Source of the DNA: a virus | Taxonomy: Duplodnaviria > Caudoviricetes | Direction: 5' to 3' (one strand) | IMG/VR virus record: IMGVR_UViG_3300028549_000365 | Span: 64,001-128,000 of that record | Length of the DNA stretch: 64,000 nucleotides | Shown: positions 30,822 to 41,159 of the stretch, one piece after another | How the letters are laid out: the number at the start of each line of letters is the position of its first letter | How positions within the stretch are numbered: position 1 is the stretch's first letter | Notes under the pieces: model-generated | Database searches by the model: none | What the model was told of the DNA's origin: nothing | What the model saw: only the letters and a program-made list of their open reading frames with translations | Position numbers and translations under genes: made by a program

Positions 30822-31862
30822 ATGTCAAAAGTTATATTCCACTGTTGTGGTGGTGCTGGTATCAATCTTAGCGATAAGGTTTTAAGAGAATTAGAAATGT
30901 TGGGTAAAGGTTTTGCTAATATTGAATATAGATATATTGATACATCTATAAATAATATAGAAAAAATTGACCACGATGAAGCTATGTTCTATTTGGTAAA
31001 AAGTAAACAACACGGGGTTGAAAAGATATCAGGTAGTGGTGGTGATAGAAGAAAGAACGCCGCGGACATAACTGAAAATATTAAAGACTATATGGACCAC
31101 TTTAAATTCCTTAAACCTACGGTTGGTGAGTTCCACGCTGTGATATTTTCTGGATCTGGTGGTTCTGGTTCTGTATTAGCACCTATGCTAATAAAAGCTC
31201 TTATGGAAAGAAATTTTCCTGTATTCGCTATTATGGTTGGTGACAGCTCTTCAGGGTTGATTAATACTAATACTATAAACAGTATAGCTAATCTTAACCA
31301 CATAGCTGTAACTATGGTTAAAAAGCCTTTAAACACTATATATGTTAACAATCAAACATTTAACAAAGGTAACATACTAAAAGCTGAACAAGAAGCTAAT
31401 AAAAGAATATTCAATAGCTTAGCTACAGTTCTGTTATTCTTATCTGGTGTTAACGGCGAACTTGATGATCAAGATATGATAAACATCATAGATCAATCTC
31501 AATATTCTACAGTTAAAATACCTGCTGGTTTATATGGTTTAACTACATTTGCTGGTCTTCCTGAGATACCTGATACTGTTATCCCTATGATAGGTAGAAC
31601 GTTAGTTAACGAAGGAGTATCACCTGATACAGGTATAACATTTGCGGCGCATCATAAAGCTGGTATAGTAACTGAAGAAAACGCTCTTAGTGTTTATGAT
31701 AAACAGTTTCCTTTACATCTTATAACTTGTGCTAACTACTTTACAGTTGAACAACAAATGCTTAAAAAGGTAGCTGCTGATTTTGAAAACATTATGAATA
31801 GTATAGCCATTAACAACATAGATGGTGTCGGTAATGTAGATGAAAACGGACTAATATTATAA
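30822..31862 (+). CDS. phuZ: PhuZ phage tubulin
   Basis: CCGGAGIN, IDTS, GSGGDR, tubulin signature variant SGSGGSGS, acidic-hydrophobic C-terminal tail DENGLIL. Confidence 0.9.
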   Translation: MSKVIFHCCGGAGINLSDKVLRELEMLGKGFANIEYRYIDTSINNIEKIDHDEAMFYLVKSKQHGVEKISGSGGDRRKNAADITENIKDYMDHFKFLKPTVGEFHAVIFSGSGGSGSVLAPMLIKALMERNFPVFAIMVGDSSSGLINTNTINSIANLNHIAVTMVKKPLNTIYVNNQTFNKGNILKAEQEANKRIFNSLATVLLFLSGVNGELDDQDMINIIDQSQYSTVKIPAGLYGLTTFAGLPEIPDTVIPMIGRTLVNEGVSPDTGITFAAHHKAGIVTEENALSVYDKQFPLHLITCANYFTVEQQMLKKVAADFENIMNSIAINNIDGVGNVDENGLIL

Positions 31863-31865
31863 CTA

Positions 31866-31901
31866 TAGTATACACGCAAATGCGTGTATACTAAGTTTTT
31901 T
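31866..31901 (+). terminator. Intrinsic terminator
   Basis: tagtatacacgc-aaat-gcgtgtatacta followed by a T-run. Confidence 0.75.
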
Positions 31902-31940
31902 AAATACCCTCATTCGATGAGGTAATAAAGAGGGGGGTTA

Positions 31941-32312
31941 ATGACAAATAACCAAAAAATATACATAATAGATACACGAGTTATACTTGGTGAGATAGAT
32001 AAATTGATGTTGCTAGATAATCGAATAAAGGAACATAGTCTAAGACCTTGTATTATTAAAGATGTTTTACTAGAATACATGATAGCGAATACATTGACAA
32101 ATGTATTAGGTTATAATGTAGTTACTAGATATATAGATCTGTCTACTATAGAACCTTATATTAAAAATAACTTACAATACAAAATATGGATAGACCGTTT
32201 ATGGGGTTTACTTTCAGATTATGTTAAGTTAAACTTTAATCAAATGTATTATTTAAGAACTATTAATATTCACCATTCAACACATATCATTATAGAAAAG
32301 GACGATGTATGA
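31941..32312 (+). CDS. Hypothetical protein
   Basis: GAGGGGGG RBS; first of six tightly packed ORFs. Confidence 0.65.
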   Translation: MTNNQKIYIIDTRVILGEIDKLMLLDNRIKEHSLRPCIIKDVLLEYMIANTLTNVLGYNVVTRYIDLSTIEPYIKNNLQYKIWIDRLWGLLSDYVKLNFNQMYYLRTINIHHSTHIIIEKDDV

Positions 32313-32863
32313 AACTAGATATAATATTAGACATAGAAGAACTATTAACTATTATGGAGAAAACAGTAGATAAATATATAACTATGCCAGACGGTGCTTG
32401 TTTTATAAAGGGTTATAGAAACCCGTTGGAAAATAGATATAACCTGGATAAATACGAAAAAATGAAACAAGTTAGAAACAAACCATGGCATCCTTATATT
32501 TCTGCTTATATAGTTAGAGATTGCTTTTACTTTCATTTATATACTAATAATAGTTATGCAGAATTACTAGATTATAATCCTGTAACAGGTAATAAGTCTA
32601 GAGTGTATGATGTAAACACTAATTACGACATAGGTGATATAATACTTAAATACGTAGAAAATATATCTAAGGAAGATCTCGTTTTACTTATGGGGTATGT
32701 TAATAAAGCTTTAGATATATTTAATAGTAAAGTTAAATATATGCTTGATAATGTATTCACTATAGATATCAGTAGCCAGCATTTTGTTATTCATAACTTA
32801 GAACACATAAAAGCGTATCGTTTCCAAGAAGTATTGGATAATATGGAGAACAACCATGATTGA
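32309..32863 (+). CDS. Hypothetical protein
   Basis: ATGA overlap; 184 aa. Confidence 0.7.
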   Translation: MKLDIILDIEELLTIMEKTVDKYITMPDGACFIKGYRNPLENRYNLDKYEKMKQVRNKPWHPYISAYIVRDCFYFHLYTNNSYAELLDYNPVTGNKSRVYDVNTNYDIGDIILKYVENISKEDLVLLMGYVNKALDIFNSKVKYMLDNVFTIDISSQHFVIHNLEHIKAYRFQEVLDNMENNHD

Positions 32864-33374
32864 CAAAGAAACAGAAGTATTATTATATAATAGTGAATTA
32901 GTAAGTGGTATCCCAAACTTTACCGTATGGGGTGTTATTAATTTAAACTTAACAGTATTATTACAAAATAAATTTCTTGCTACGCCTGAAGCTGTTAGTT
33001 GTTTTAATCAATTAGAAATACATATAATAGAAAGTAGAATGTTAAAGACAGTTTTATTAGGATTTGCCAGTAGGTTAAATATAAATGTTATAAAAGATAA
33101 TGCTATTTTTGAATTTAACACCATAATGTCTGATATACATTCTACTAACAATTTTGTTCTTGCTTATTTACCAGTAGATAGATACTTAATGGAAGTTGGA
33201 TATACTTTTAATGTTTTATTAAATACGTACTTAGATTACTATATACCTATCTCTAAATATACTCCAGGTACACACAATGTACAGAACGCAGGATGTTATG
33301 AAATTAAACACATAAATATAGACTATGCTTATAATCAAGCTGGTATCGTATTTAAGTTATATAAGGAAAAATAA
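32856..33374 (+). CDS. Hypothetical protein
   Basis: GGAGA RBS, overlapping start. Confidence 0.7.
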   Translation: MIDKETEVLLYNSELVSGIPNFTVWGVINLNLTVLLQNKFLATPEAVSCFNQLEIHIIESRMLKTVLLGFASRLNINVIKDNAIFEFNTIMSDIHSTNNFVLAYLPVDRYLMEVGYTFNVLLNTYLDYYIPISKYTPGTHNVQNAGCYEIKHINIDYAYNQAGIVFKLYKEK

Positions 33375-33745
33375 TGAAACTAGTAGAAGTCGACCTTACT
33401 ATACTTAGAAGTCTTACTAATAATATTATTAGCACAGATCCCATTGAGCTAAAAATAATAGAGTTTTATAAATCTGATGTTGTGTTAGGTGAGCTATCTA
33501 CTATAGAGTTATTTGTTAACCATGTACTTAATCATATGTACAGAAGTAATAATAATCTTTATAAGTATAGCGAGCTTGAACACTTCTTTAATGTAAAAAG
33601 ATTTTTAACTACTTATAATAAATTTATAGTTACTCTGGAGTACATGTTGATAAAACATATTGGTATAAGATTTGAGAGTATATGTTTCTCAAGAATAGTT
33701 AATATAGAAAATAGACTTATAGTCGAATTCATAGTGGAGGAATGA
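33374..33745 (+). CDS. Hypothetical protein
   Basis: TAATG coupling, AAGGA RBS. Confidence 0.7.
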   Translation: MKLVEVDLTILRSLTNNIISTDPIELKIIEFYKSDVVLGELSTIELFVNHVLNHMYRSNNNLYKYSELEHFFNVKRFLTTYNKFIVTLEYMLIKHIGIRFESICFSRIVNIENRLIVEFIVEE

Positions 33746-33746
33746 A

Positions 33747-34253
33747 ATGGAAACAACTGGACCATTCCTGTTTGAGTTACAGGAAATAAACAACAAATTA
33801 TCTGGTAACGATGTTGTTAAGTTATATAATTTTGACTTAACTCACTTTATCAGACCTTGGATGGAGAGTGTAAGTTCTATGTACCCTGAACTTTCTAAAA
33901 GTGATGTTAAGAACATGCTGTTCTATAATATAGAAGCTACTATGTTAAACTATATATCTAACGCAGGTTACATAGACGAACACGCGTTCAGTATATTCGA
34001 AGAAGGTACTAGTAATATAATAGACTTTAGTTATTATAAAACCGAAATAAACTTATATGACATTGCGTTAACTAATGTTGGTATACCTTCTGCTATACAC
34101 AATATGTTTATATCGTACATAGCTAATGGTGATGAAACAGATAACTTTATAATAGGTGAGTGGTTATTCAGAGGAGAAAGTGTTAAAGTAACACTTATCG
34201 TTTATAAAGAAGATATAAATATGTTACTAGCTAGGTACGGTCAAGATGAATGA
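33747..34253 (+). CDS. Hypothetical protein
   Basis: GGAGG RBS. Confidence 0.7.
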   Translation: METTGPFLFELQEINNKLSGNDVVKLYNFDLTHFIRPWMESVSSMYPELSKSDVKNMLFYNIEATMLNYISNAGYIDEHAFSIFEEGTSNIIDFSYYKTEINLYDIALTNVGIPSAIHNMFISYIANGDETDNFIIGEWLFRGESVKVTLIVYKEDINMLLARYGQDE

Positions 34254-34593
34254 GATAATAGTAATACCAATGCCTGAACCAATAGCTATATTCATGCGTA
34301 AGTACGGAATAGACTATACAAGTGACCAATACATATTCTTTGTAGATAAAACAATACAATTCTCTAAATGTTCTGTTTATAACATAACTGGTGATTGTTA
34401 TGATTTGTTAGAAGATGTTTATAAGATGTTTAGAGCTAGTAGAACAGAAGATGTAGCTGAAATAAAATTTATAGTAGAGCTTTTATCTAGTACAATAACA
34501 TCACATCTTTTGTTAGCTAATAAACTAAATTCTGCAATTTACCATAACGAAAGTACTAGAAATAGACTTGCACTTATAACATATACTATATAA
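34246..34593 (+). CDS. Hypothetical protein
   Basis: Overlapping ORF ending in a terminator hairpin. Confidence 0.65.
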   Translation: MNEIIVIPMPEPIAIFMRKYGIDYTSDQYIFFVDKTIQFSKCSVYNITGDCYDLLEDVYKMFRASRTEDVAEIKFIVELLSSTITSHLLLANKLNSAIYHNESTRNRLALITYTI

Positions 34594-34622
34594 GGTTATC
34601 TAACGATAACCTTATTTTTTTT
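34591..34622 (+). terminator. Intrinsic terminator
   Basis: taaggttatc-taac-gataacctta followed by T8. Confidence 0.8.
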
Positions 34623-34654
34623 ATCTTGCGTTATTAGTGAAATAAGGAGTACAT

Positions 34655-36775
34655 ATGCCCAACAACATATTTAAACGAGACATGTCTGAGTATACAGTCA
34701 CTATGTTACCTACTAGTAATTATATACAACAGATAACTAAATATATATCTAATAGAACAGGTAAAAGTTTAGAAGAGTCTAGCAAGATAGCTTTAGAGAT
34801 AATAAATTCTTCTGATAAAAAAGACCCTGAAATAGAATATAGATTTAGAGACAATAATGGTGACAGAACTATGGTTACTAACACGTTAACTAACTACCTT
34901 AAGGAAGTAGTAGCTAACAAAGAGATAATAACACCTACGTTTACTGTTTTAGACCACCCTAGTGTTAAGAAAAGTATTCATGCTGAATTTCTAGATATTA
35001 ATATCAAGAAGCGTAAGTCTGATAAACATAATGCATTTATGTATAAACAAGCTGGAGATAAAGATAGGTTCCTACATTATAACACACTACAAAAAGTACG
35101 TAAGATATTTAATAATAGTTTGTCAGGAGCGTATGCTAGTAAGTCTACTATATTATACCACCCAGCGGCACATAGTATTTTAACTTCTATAACTAGATCA
35201 GTTGCGTCTATAGGTAATAGTGTATCAGAATCTGTTATCTCTGGTAACAAACATTTTAAAGATGCTGAAGTAACAATTAATTACTTAATAAGCATAATAA
35301 CTCATGTTAATATGGTTACAGTTGATTACGTTGTTAATAAATACAAACTATATTTACCTACAGCTGATGAAGTTATGAGCATGGTTTTATACAGTAGTAG
35401 AAACTATTGGAAAGATTTAGAAAAAGAAAAGATAATATATGCTACTATATGTAAAGCAACACCAGTAGAACGTGCAGCTATGTTATATACTAATGACTTA
35501 CATAATCTTAAAAAATACAATGAAGTGTTCGTTAAAGATATGTTAATGAGATTAAGTAGACGAGTTGAGACTGGTTCAGAAGATAACATAAAAGACCTAT
35601 ACGGAGCTCCAGAGGGTATAACTAATCTAGTACACCATATATGTATGGAAGATGTAAAAGGTTTAAGTATAGAGTATGATAAAATGGTCGGAACACCATT
35701 ACTTAATATACTAGCATCTACCGCTAAGAATATAGTAACTGAGTTACAATATTATAAAGCATTGTTTAGAGGGTTATTCACTACTGACATATTACCTGTG
35801 TCAATAGCTAACATGAAAGATATGTTAAGAGAAGCTATAGTTCTTTCAGATACTGATAGTACTTGTGGTAGTTATGATTCTTGGGTTGAGTGGTATTATG
35901 GACATACTAGATTCTCACAAGAAGCTGTCGCTATAGCCGCTACAGTTATGACTATTAACACACAAGTTATAGATCATAACATTAAAGTATTTGCTAAGAA
36001 TATGAACATAGAGAACCAACTAGTAGAGTTACTTAAAATGAAAAATGAGTTCTTTTGGAGTTCTTTTATAACAGCTAATGTTAGTAAACACTACTACGCT
36101 AATACATTAATACAAGAGGGTAATGTATTCTCGGAAGCTGAGTTGGAATTAAAAGGTGTACACTTTATATCTAGTGCTGGTAACCAAGAGGTTACTAAGA
36201 AAGCTGAAGAGATGATGAAAGAGATACACGCTAAGTTAACTAACTCTGAAACACTTGACCCGTATGAGTATTTAACACGTGTTGCGGATGTAGAGAGAGA
36301 TTTACTAAGTCTTATTAAAGAGGGTAATGTAAACATATTTAAAACTGAAAAGATAAAAAGCTTTGAAAGTTATAAATCAAATGTAAAAGAGAAATCTCCA
36401 TATTATAATCATATGTTGTGGGAAGATGTCTTTGCTGATAAATATGGGTCACCTGGCGAGCCAGAATACATGGTTCTTAAAATTCCAACTACTTTGGAAA
36501 GTAAAAGATTAACACTAGAATATATAGATACTATAGTAGACCCTGTTATAAAAGATAAGTTATTATCTGCTTTAAAACGTTTCGGTAAAGAAACTTTGGG
36601 TATCATACGAGTACCATTAGCTATCGCTGGTGGTAATGGGATACCTCCAGAGATAATTAACGCTGTTGACTCTAGACGTATGGTAACTGATAGTTTAAAT
36701 GTTATGTATTTAATATTAGAGTCTATCGGTATATTTAAAAAAGAAGATCTACTTATAAGTGAGATGGGGTATTAA
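34655..36775 (+). CDS. Family B DNA polymerase, polymerase-domain subunit (phiKZ gp50-like)
   Basis: Motif B variant QKVRKIFNNSLSG, motif C SDTDS, LELKGV. Confidence 0.85.
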   Translation: MPNNIFKRDMSEYTVTMLPTSNYIQQITKYISNRTGKSLEESSKIALEIINSSDKKDPEIEYRFRDNNGDRTMVTNTLTNYLKEVVANKEIITPTFTVLDHPSVKKSIHAEFLDINIKKRKSDKHNAFMYKQAGDKDRFLHYNTLQKVRKIFNNSLSGAYASKSTILYHPAAHSILTSITRSVASIGNSVSESVISGNKHFKDAEVTINYLISIITHVNMVTVDYVVNKYKLYLPTADEVMSMVLYSSRNYWKDLEKEKIIYATICKATPVERAAMLYTNDLHNLKKYNEVFVKDMLMRLSRRVETGSEDNIKDLYGAPEGITNLVHHICMEDVKGLSIEYDKMVGTPLLNILASTAKNIVTELQYYKALFRGLFTTDILPVSIANMKDMLREAIVLSDTDSTCGSYDSWVEWYYGHTRFSQEAVAIAATVMTINTQVIDHNIKVFAKNMNIENQLVELLKMKNEFFWSSFITANVSKHYYANTLIQEGNVFSEAELELKGVHFISSAGNQEVTKKAEEMMKEIHAKLTNSETLDPYEYLTRVADVERDLLSLIKEGNVNIFKTEKIKSFESYKSNVKEKSPYYNHMLWEDVFADKYGSPGEPEYMVLKIPTTLESKRLTLEYIDTIVDPVIKDKLLSALKRFGKETLGIIRVPLAIAGGNGIPPEIINAVDSRRMVTDSLNVMYLILESIGIFKKEDLLISEMGY

Positions 36776-36791
36776 TTATCTGAAAATAAGG
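36776..36791 (+). promoter_or_regulatory. Candidate late promoter/RBS motif TTATCTGAAAATAAGG
   Basis: Near-identical to copies at 38206-38221 (+) and 57957-57972 (-), all before structural-type genes. Confidence 0.4.
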
Positions 36792-36809
36792 CATTAAGGA
36801 GTATAAGAA

Positions 36810-37682
36810 ATGAATGATGTAAGTAACTTTCATATTGTAAGCTTAGGTTACGTAGCTAAAGATATAGTGGAAGATGATCTATACATAGACGTCTATCCTG
36901 TCGAACTACATCCAGGTGTAGTTAGCGAAATATCAGAAGCTACTGAAGTTAAAGCTTCTAATAGTGACGTAGATAGTAAACAAGAAAATATTAAAGTTGT
37001 TAAATCAGCAATGGTTAAAGCTAAATGGTTACCTCTAGGGGACAATAATAGACTTGAACCACCTACAGTTTGTAAAGGTGAAACTGTATTATTATATAAG
37101 TTCGGTAACGCTGATAAGTATTTCTGGACTAATCCGTATAATGAACTTCATTTACGTAAAAGAGAAAAAAGAACTATGGTATATAGTAATAGAGGAACTA
37201 TAAGTGGTAAACTAGCTGATCTGAAAAACTGTTACTATTACACTATAGACACTATAAATAAGTATCTTAATTTACACACATCTAAAAATGATGGCGAATA
37301 TACTACGTATGATTTTGATATCGATACTAAAAAAGGTACATTCACTGTAATTGATGGTAAGGGTAATCATATTATATTAAATAGCGTCGAAGATAAAATA
37401 ACTATATTAACTAAAAAAGATATTTATACAAATACCACTAACACTACTAACGTAATAGGTAACAATAAAAAAGAAACTATAGGTAGTCATTACTCTATAG
37501 ATTTAAAAACATATAGTGTTTCAAATGGAGCTGATGAGCTTATGGCTTTGTTAGTAGAACTTATACAAGCTAACATAGATGTTATGCACGTAGGAAACTT
37601 AGGAATAAATACGGCTATATCGTCACCTAGTGAAGCTGTGTATAAAGATATTCAATCTAGGGTTAAGGCGTTTATAAAATGA
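36810..37682 (+). CDS. Probable baseplate hub/spike protein (OB-fold plus beta-rich C-terminus)
   Basis: KAKWLPLGDNNRLEPPTVCKGETVLLY followed by beta-strand-rich repeats, like gp5/VgrG-type spike proteins. Confidence 0.5.
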   Translation: MNDVSNFHIVSLGYVAKDIVEDDLYIDVYPVELHPGVVSEISEATEVKASNSDVDSKQENIKVVKSAMVKAKWLPLGDNNRLEPPTVCKGETVLLYKFGNADKYFWTNPYNELHLRKREKRTMVYSNRGTISGKLADLKNCYYYTIDTINKYLNLHTSKNDGEYTTYDFDIDTKKGTFTVIDGKGNHIILNSVEDKITILTKKDIYTNTTNTTNVIGNNKKETIGSHYSIDLKTYSVSNGADELMALLVELIQANIDVMHVGNLGINTAISSPSEAVYKDIQSRVKAFIK

Positions 37683-38188
37683 GTCTAGATAGTAATAGAG
37701 AAGCTTTAACGCTTCTTAGTAAATATACTGGTTTAAAGAGTACAGGTGGTGACACTAACCCTCAGAATCATTTAGACTTTGTAGCTAGCGTTATAGACGC
37801 TGGCTTTCAAATGGCTGTTAAAACTTTATCTAATATAGATATCACACCACCAGCTGGAAGTTTAGTATTTCCTTTTGATAGTGTAATAAGAAACCCATAT
37901 ATGATAGGTGAGCAATGTTCTGAGTATTGGTGTAAAACTATAACTACAAGTGGAGCTCCTGATACGTTAGACGGTATAGTTTCTGTAACTAATGACGCTA
38001 GTAAGATAGCTATACCAATAGCTAATAACTTATTAGCGTTAACTGGTCGTAAAGGTACAGAGTCTAAACCATTATATTTTGAGTTTGTCGATGCTATCTA
38101 TAAAGAAGTTAGAACAATAAAATGGACAGTAACAGAGATTAAATACTCTGATGGTTCAACAACAGTACTTACCAACACAGTTACTTAA
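37679..38188 (+). CDS. Hypothetical, probably virion, protein
   Basis: ATGA overlap with the spike-like gene. Confidence 0.6.
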   Translation: MSLDSNREALTLLSKYTGLKSTGGDTNPQNHLDFVASVIDAGFQMAVKTLSNIDITPPAGSLVFPFDSVIRNPYMIGEQCSEYWCKTITTSGAPDTLDGIVSVTNDASKIAIPIANNLLALTGRKGTESKPLYFEFVDAIYKEVRTIKWTVTEIKYSDGSTTVLTNTVT

Positions 38189-38200
38189 GTAACTGTGTTG
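38173..38200. terminator. Perfect 28-bp palindrome spanning the stop codon
   Basis: caacacagttactt|aagtaactgtgttg. Confidence 0.6.
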
Positions 38201-38205
38201 TGTGA

Positions 38206-38221
38206 TTAACTGACAATAAGG
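38206..38221 (+). promoter_or_regulatory. Candidate late promoter/RBS motif TTAACTGACAATAAGG
   Basis: Second copy of the motif. Confidence 0.4.
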
Positions 38222-38228
38222 AGTTATT

Positions 38229-38843
38229 ATGATTATACCAATTTTGAATACCAAAGGGACATTTGTCTTAGAAGAACCGTTTAACACGTTAGTAAAGACA
38301 GCACAGATATTTACAGTTACTTCTATTAGGTCTATACAAGAATTAGAAGCTAGTAATGAAGAACCTTACTTAACTATATATCAAGCTGTTGGTTTAACGG
38401 AAGCAGATTATAAAGATGATATACTTAAGAATATACCTATCATAGTTTTTGCTACAGAAGGAGGAGAATACTTTTATGTTCCAGCTGATAGATTATTATC
38501 AGAACCTGTATCTAACGGCTACGCTTATAGACAAATGGGACTTAGTATAGATTTAGGATATATACCTATAGAAATGAATCTCGACTTAATACGAGATATA
38601 ATTATTGAAGATGTGTACAATATAACTAGTATAACCCCAAGAGTAGATGCGTACCCTATGTCTAGTATAACAAGTGTTAGTAAAACAAAAGATACTGAGT
38701 TTAAACTATTGGTAGCTAGTAAGAAAACTGTTGATAAATCTTATAAAACAAGATATTATGAATTAATGGCGCTTTATAATAAACAAAAAGTGTTATTAGG
38801 TAAAGTAGAAGAGTATGTAAAAACAAATAAATGTAAAGGATAA
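38229..38843 (+). CDS. Probable virion protein of phiKZ-like type
   Basis: P..NTKGTFVLEEPF N-terminus; TAAGGAG RBS. Confidence 0.55.
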   Translation: MIIPILNTKGTFVLEEPFNTLVKTAQIFTVTSIRSIQELEASNEEPYLTIYQAVGLTEADYKDDILKNIPIIVFATEGGEYFYVPADRLLSEPVSNGYAYRQMGLSIDLGYIPIEMNLDLIRDIIIEDVYNITSITPRVDAYPMSSITSVSKTKDTEFKLLVASKKTVDKSYKTRYYELMALYNKQKVLLGKVEEYVKTNKCKG

Positions 38844-38846
38844 GAA

Positions 38847-41138
38847 ATGGCTATTGCAGAAGACCGTATGGCAGGAAGGAATATAGTTGAGCTAGTAGAA
38901 ACGCAGTTTATAAGTGACGTTGATGTTAGTAAAGATACTCCTTCTAATGCTATGTCAATTCCAGAGACACCTGAATCGTACGCAGATAAGATGGCTAAAG
39001 CTGCACAAAGTTTATTAGATCCAGAAACATATGGTATGTTAGCTAATGATTTATGTCCAACCACAGGAGTTCCTGATTTTACTAGAAAGGCTAGTTTAGT
39101 AATATCTAATGTGGACTTATCAGCGCCAGATCTATCTTCATTTAAAGTTGATAAACTATTTAACCCTATGCAATGTAATAAGTTTATGAATCAAATACTA
39201 GCTAGTATAAGTGTATTGGAATCACAATTACTATCAGTAACTGGTGCTGTGCTTACTAGAATCGAAAATTTAATAGGTGGTTACTTAAACACCATTATGA
39301 ATTACGTTGGTGGTGTAGCTCAAAGTATAAGTAACTTTGCTGGTATGGTTACTGAAGGTATAGCTAACGCGCAGCGTTCTATAAATGCTTTATCTAATGG
39401 AATTAAGAACATAATAACAAAACTTAAAGGTATTGGAGCTAGCTTAAGAAACAGATTGTCTATATTAGACTTAAAGGAATTCTGTGAATATAGCTCAGCT
39501 GCTGGATTAGGTTTTGGAGGTATTAAATTACTTAAAGATCTTTCTCTTAAAATAAGTCTTAAAATAAGCACTTGTTTAACAGCTGATGGATTAATGGGAT
39601 TTGTGACTAACTTATTATCTGCTGGTTTATTTACTAAATCAGAATTGATAGTAGGTATAATGGGTCTATTTAAATCTAAAAATGATACTAATACACATAG
39701 TAAACTAAAAGTATTAAATACATTGCTACTTAGTAGTGTAGGCGAAATGACTGATAAAGATATAATAACTACTTATGGTAAGACTGGATTGTTGTTATCT
39801 AGCTTATCTTCAGTAACAGCTGTTAGTAATTCACCAGTTTCTGAGTATAGAGAAGTTATACAGACTTTAAATTTATTAGACCCGACATGGAACATAAACC
39901 CTATAACTGGAGCTTTAGACTTATCTAACGTTAAAGGTAATAAATATATTTCAGCTTTAGCTGATAGTGTTATGCGTTCTACTAGTATGAATAACCTAGG
40001 TGATTCACAACTAGGCGACAATATAACATTCGGTCCAACTATTACTCCAACTAAAGATAGTCTAATATTATCTACTATACTTGCGTTAAATAACGATAAA
40101 TACACAAAGAAAGATCCTAGTATAGCTAAGCTAGAAGACATAGTTGATAAATCAAAGTATCTTGAACCTGTACAGAAAACAGTAGTTTCTAGTTATGCAA
40201 AGGAACTTATAAATAAACCTGTAGTGGCTAATAAACAGTTAACAGAAGAAGTACTTGTTAGAACACTATTACCTAATGGTGACATTCAGTTAGTTAGTAG
40301 TAGTGGTTACATTTCATTAATAAAAACTGACGGAACAGTAATAATAACTACTACTGATGGAACTATTATAACTAAAAATGTAGACGGTAGTATAGTTACA
40401 TTATATAATGATGGTAGAGTTGTTACTAAATATCCTGATGGTAGAGTTGTGACAATATCTGTAGACGGTACTATAACAGATAAACTAGCAGATGGTACTG
40501 TTATATTAACCACAATAGATGGTGTAAGTGTTAGATATAACACTGATGGTAGAGTTATAATTACATCACCTGACGGCACCACATCTGAATTACTACCAGG
40601 GATGTCTATTACGTTACCTGATGGTACTGTAATATCTAAAGACTTAAATGGTAACACTATAACTATTTATGCTGACGGTACTATAACAGAGATACTAGCT
40701 GACGGGACTATTATAACTCGTTATACTAACGGAATAGTAGTTACGATGTATCTCGACGGTAGAATAATAACTACAGAAGGTCAAAAAACAACAACAGAAT
40801 TTCCAGATGGGACTATTGTAATTAATGACAATGGTTGGGTTATAAAAATAGATATTAATGGAGTAATGACAGTACTCGGGTATGTTAAAGAACCTGAAGT
40901 ATCTTCTATTAATACTACTAAGGATAAACGACCTAATGAGATTATAGATGCATTACTAAGCACTGTTGATAATACAAAGATAGTGTTTAATAACGTCACT
41001 AGTGCTTTAACACCAGTTACTCTTACTGTGTCAAATCAAAATAAATTAGTTAATAACATGTTGTTGTCTAAACGTTCTAACAATAATGGATTAGACAAAG
41101 CTGAGTTATTATTAAGATTAACAGACTTCGTATGGTAG
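38847..41138 (+). CDS. Large hypothetical protein with tandem (P/A/T)DG-T-V/I-I beta-hairpin repeats
   Basis: 763 aa; repeat block at about 40270-40870. Confidence 0.75.
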   Translation: MAIAEDRMAGRNIVELVETQFISDVDVSKDTPSNAMSIPETPESYADKMAKAAQSLLDPETYGMLANDLCPTTGVPDFTRKASLVISNVDLSAPDLSSFKVDKLFNPMQCNKFMNQILASISVLESQLLSVTGAVLTRIENLIGGYLNTIMNYVGGVAQSISNFAGMVTEGIANAQRSINALSNGIKNIITKLKGIGASLRNRLSILDLKEFCEYSSAAGLGFGGIKLLKDLSLKISLKISTCLTADGLMGFVTNLLSAGLFTKSELIVGIMGLFKSKNDTNTHSKLKVLNTLLLSSVGEMTDKDIITTYGKTGLLLSSLSSVTAVSNSPVSEYREVIQTLNLLDPTWNINPITGALDLSNVKGNKYISALADSVMRSTSMNNLGDSQLGDNITFGPTITPTKDSLILSTILALNNDKYTKKDPSIAKLEDIVDKSKYLEPVQKTVVSSYAKELINKPVVANKQLTEEVLVRTLLPNGDIQLVSSSGYISLIKTDGTVIITTTDGTIITKNVDGSIVTLYNDGRVVTKYPDGRVVTISVDGTITDKLADGTVILTTIDGVSVRYNTDGRVIITSPDGTTSELLPGMSITLPDGTVISKDLNGNTITIYADGTITEILADGTIITRYTNGIVVTMYLDGRIITTEGQKTTTEFPDGTIVINDNGWVIKIDINGVMTVLGYVKEPEVSSINTTKDKRPNEIIDALLSTVDNTKIVFNNVTSALTPVTLTVSNQNKLVNNMLLSKRSNNNGLDKAELLLRLTDFVW

Positions 41139-41159
41139 TACCGTTAGGTACTACCATAC
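41130..41159. terminator. Hairpin at a convergent junction
   Basis: gtatggtagtacc-gtta-ggtactaccatac, 13-bp stem. Confidence 0.7.
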
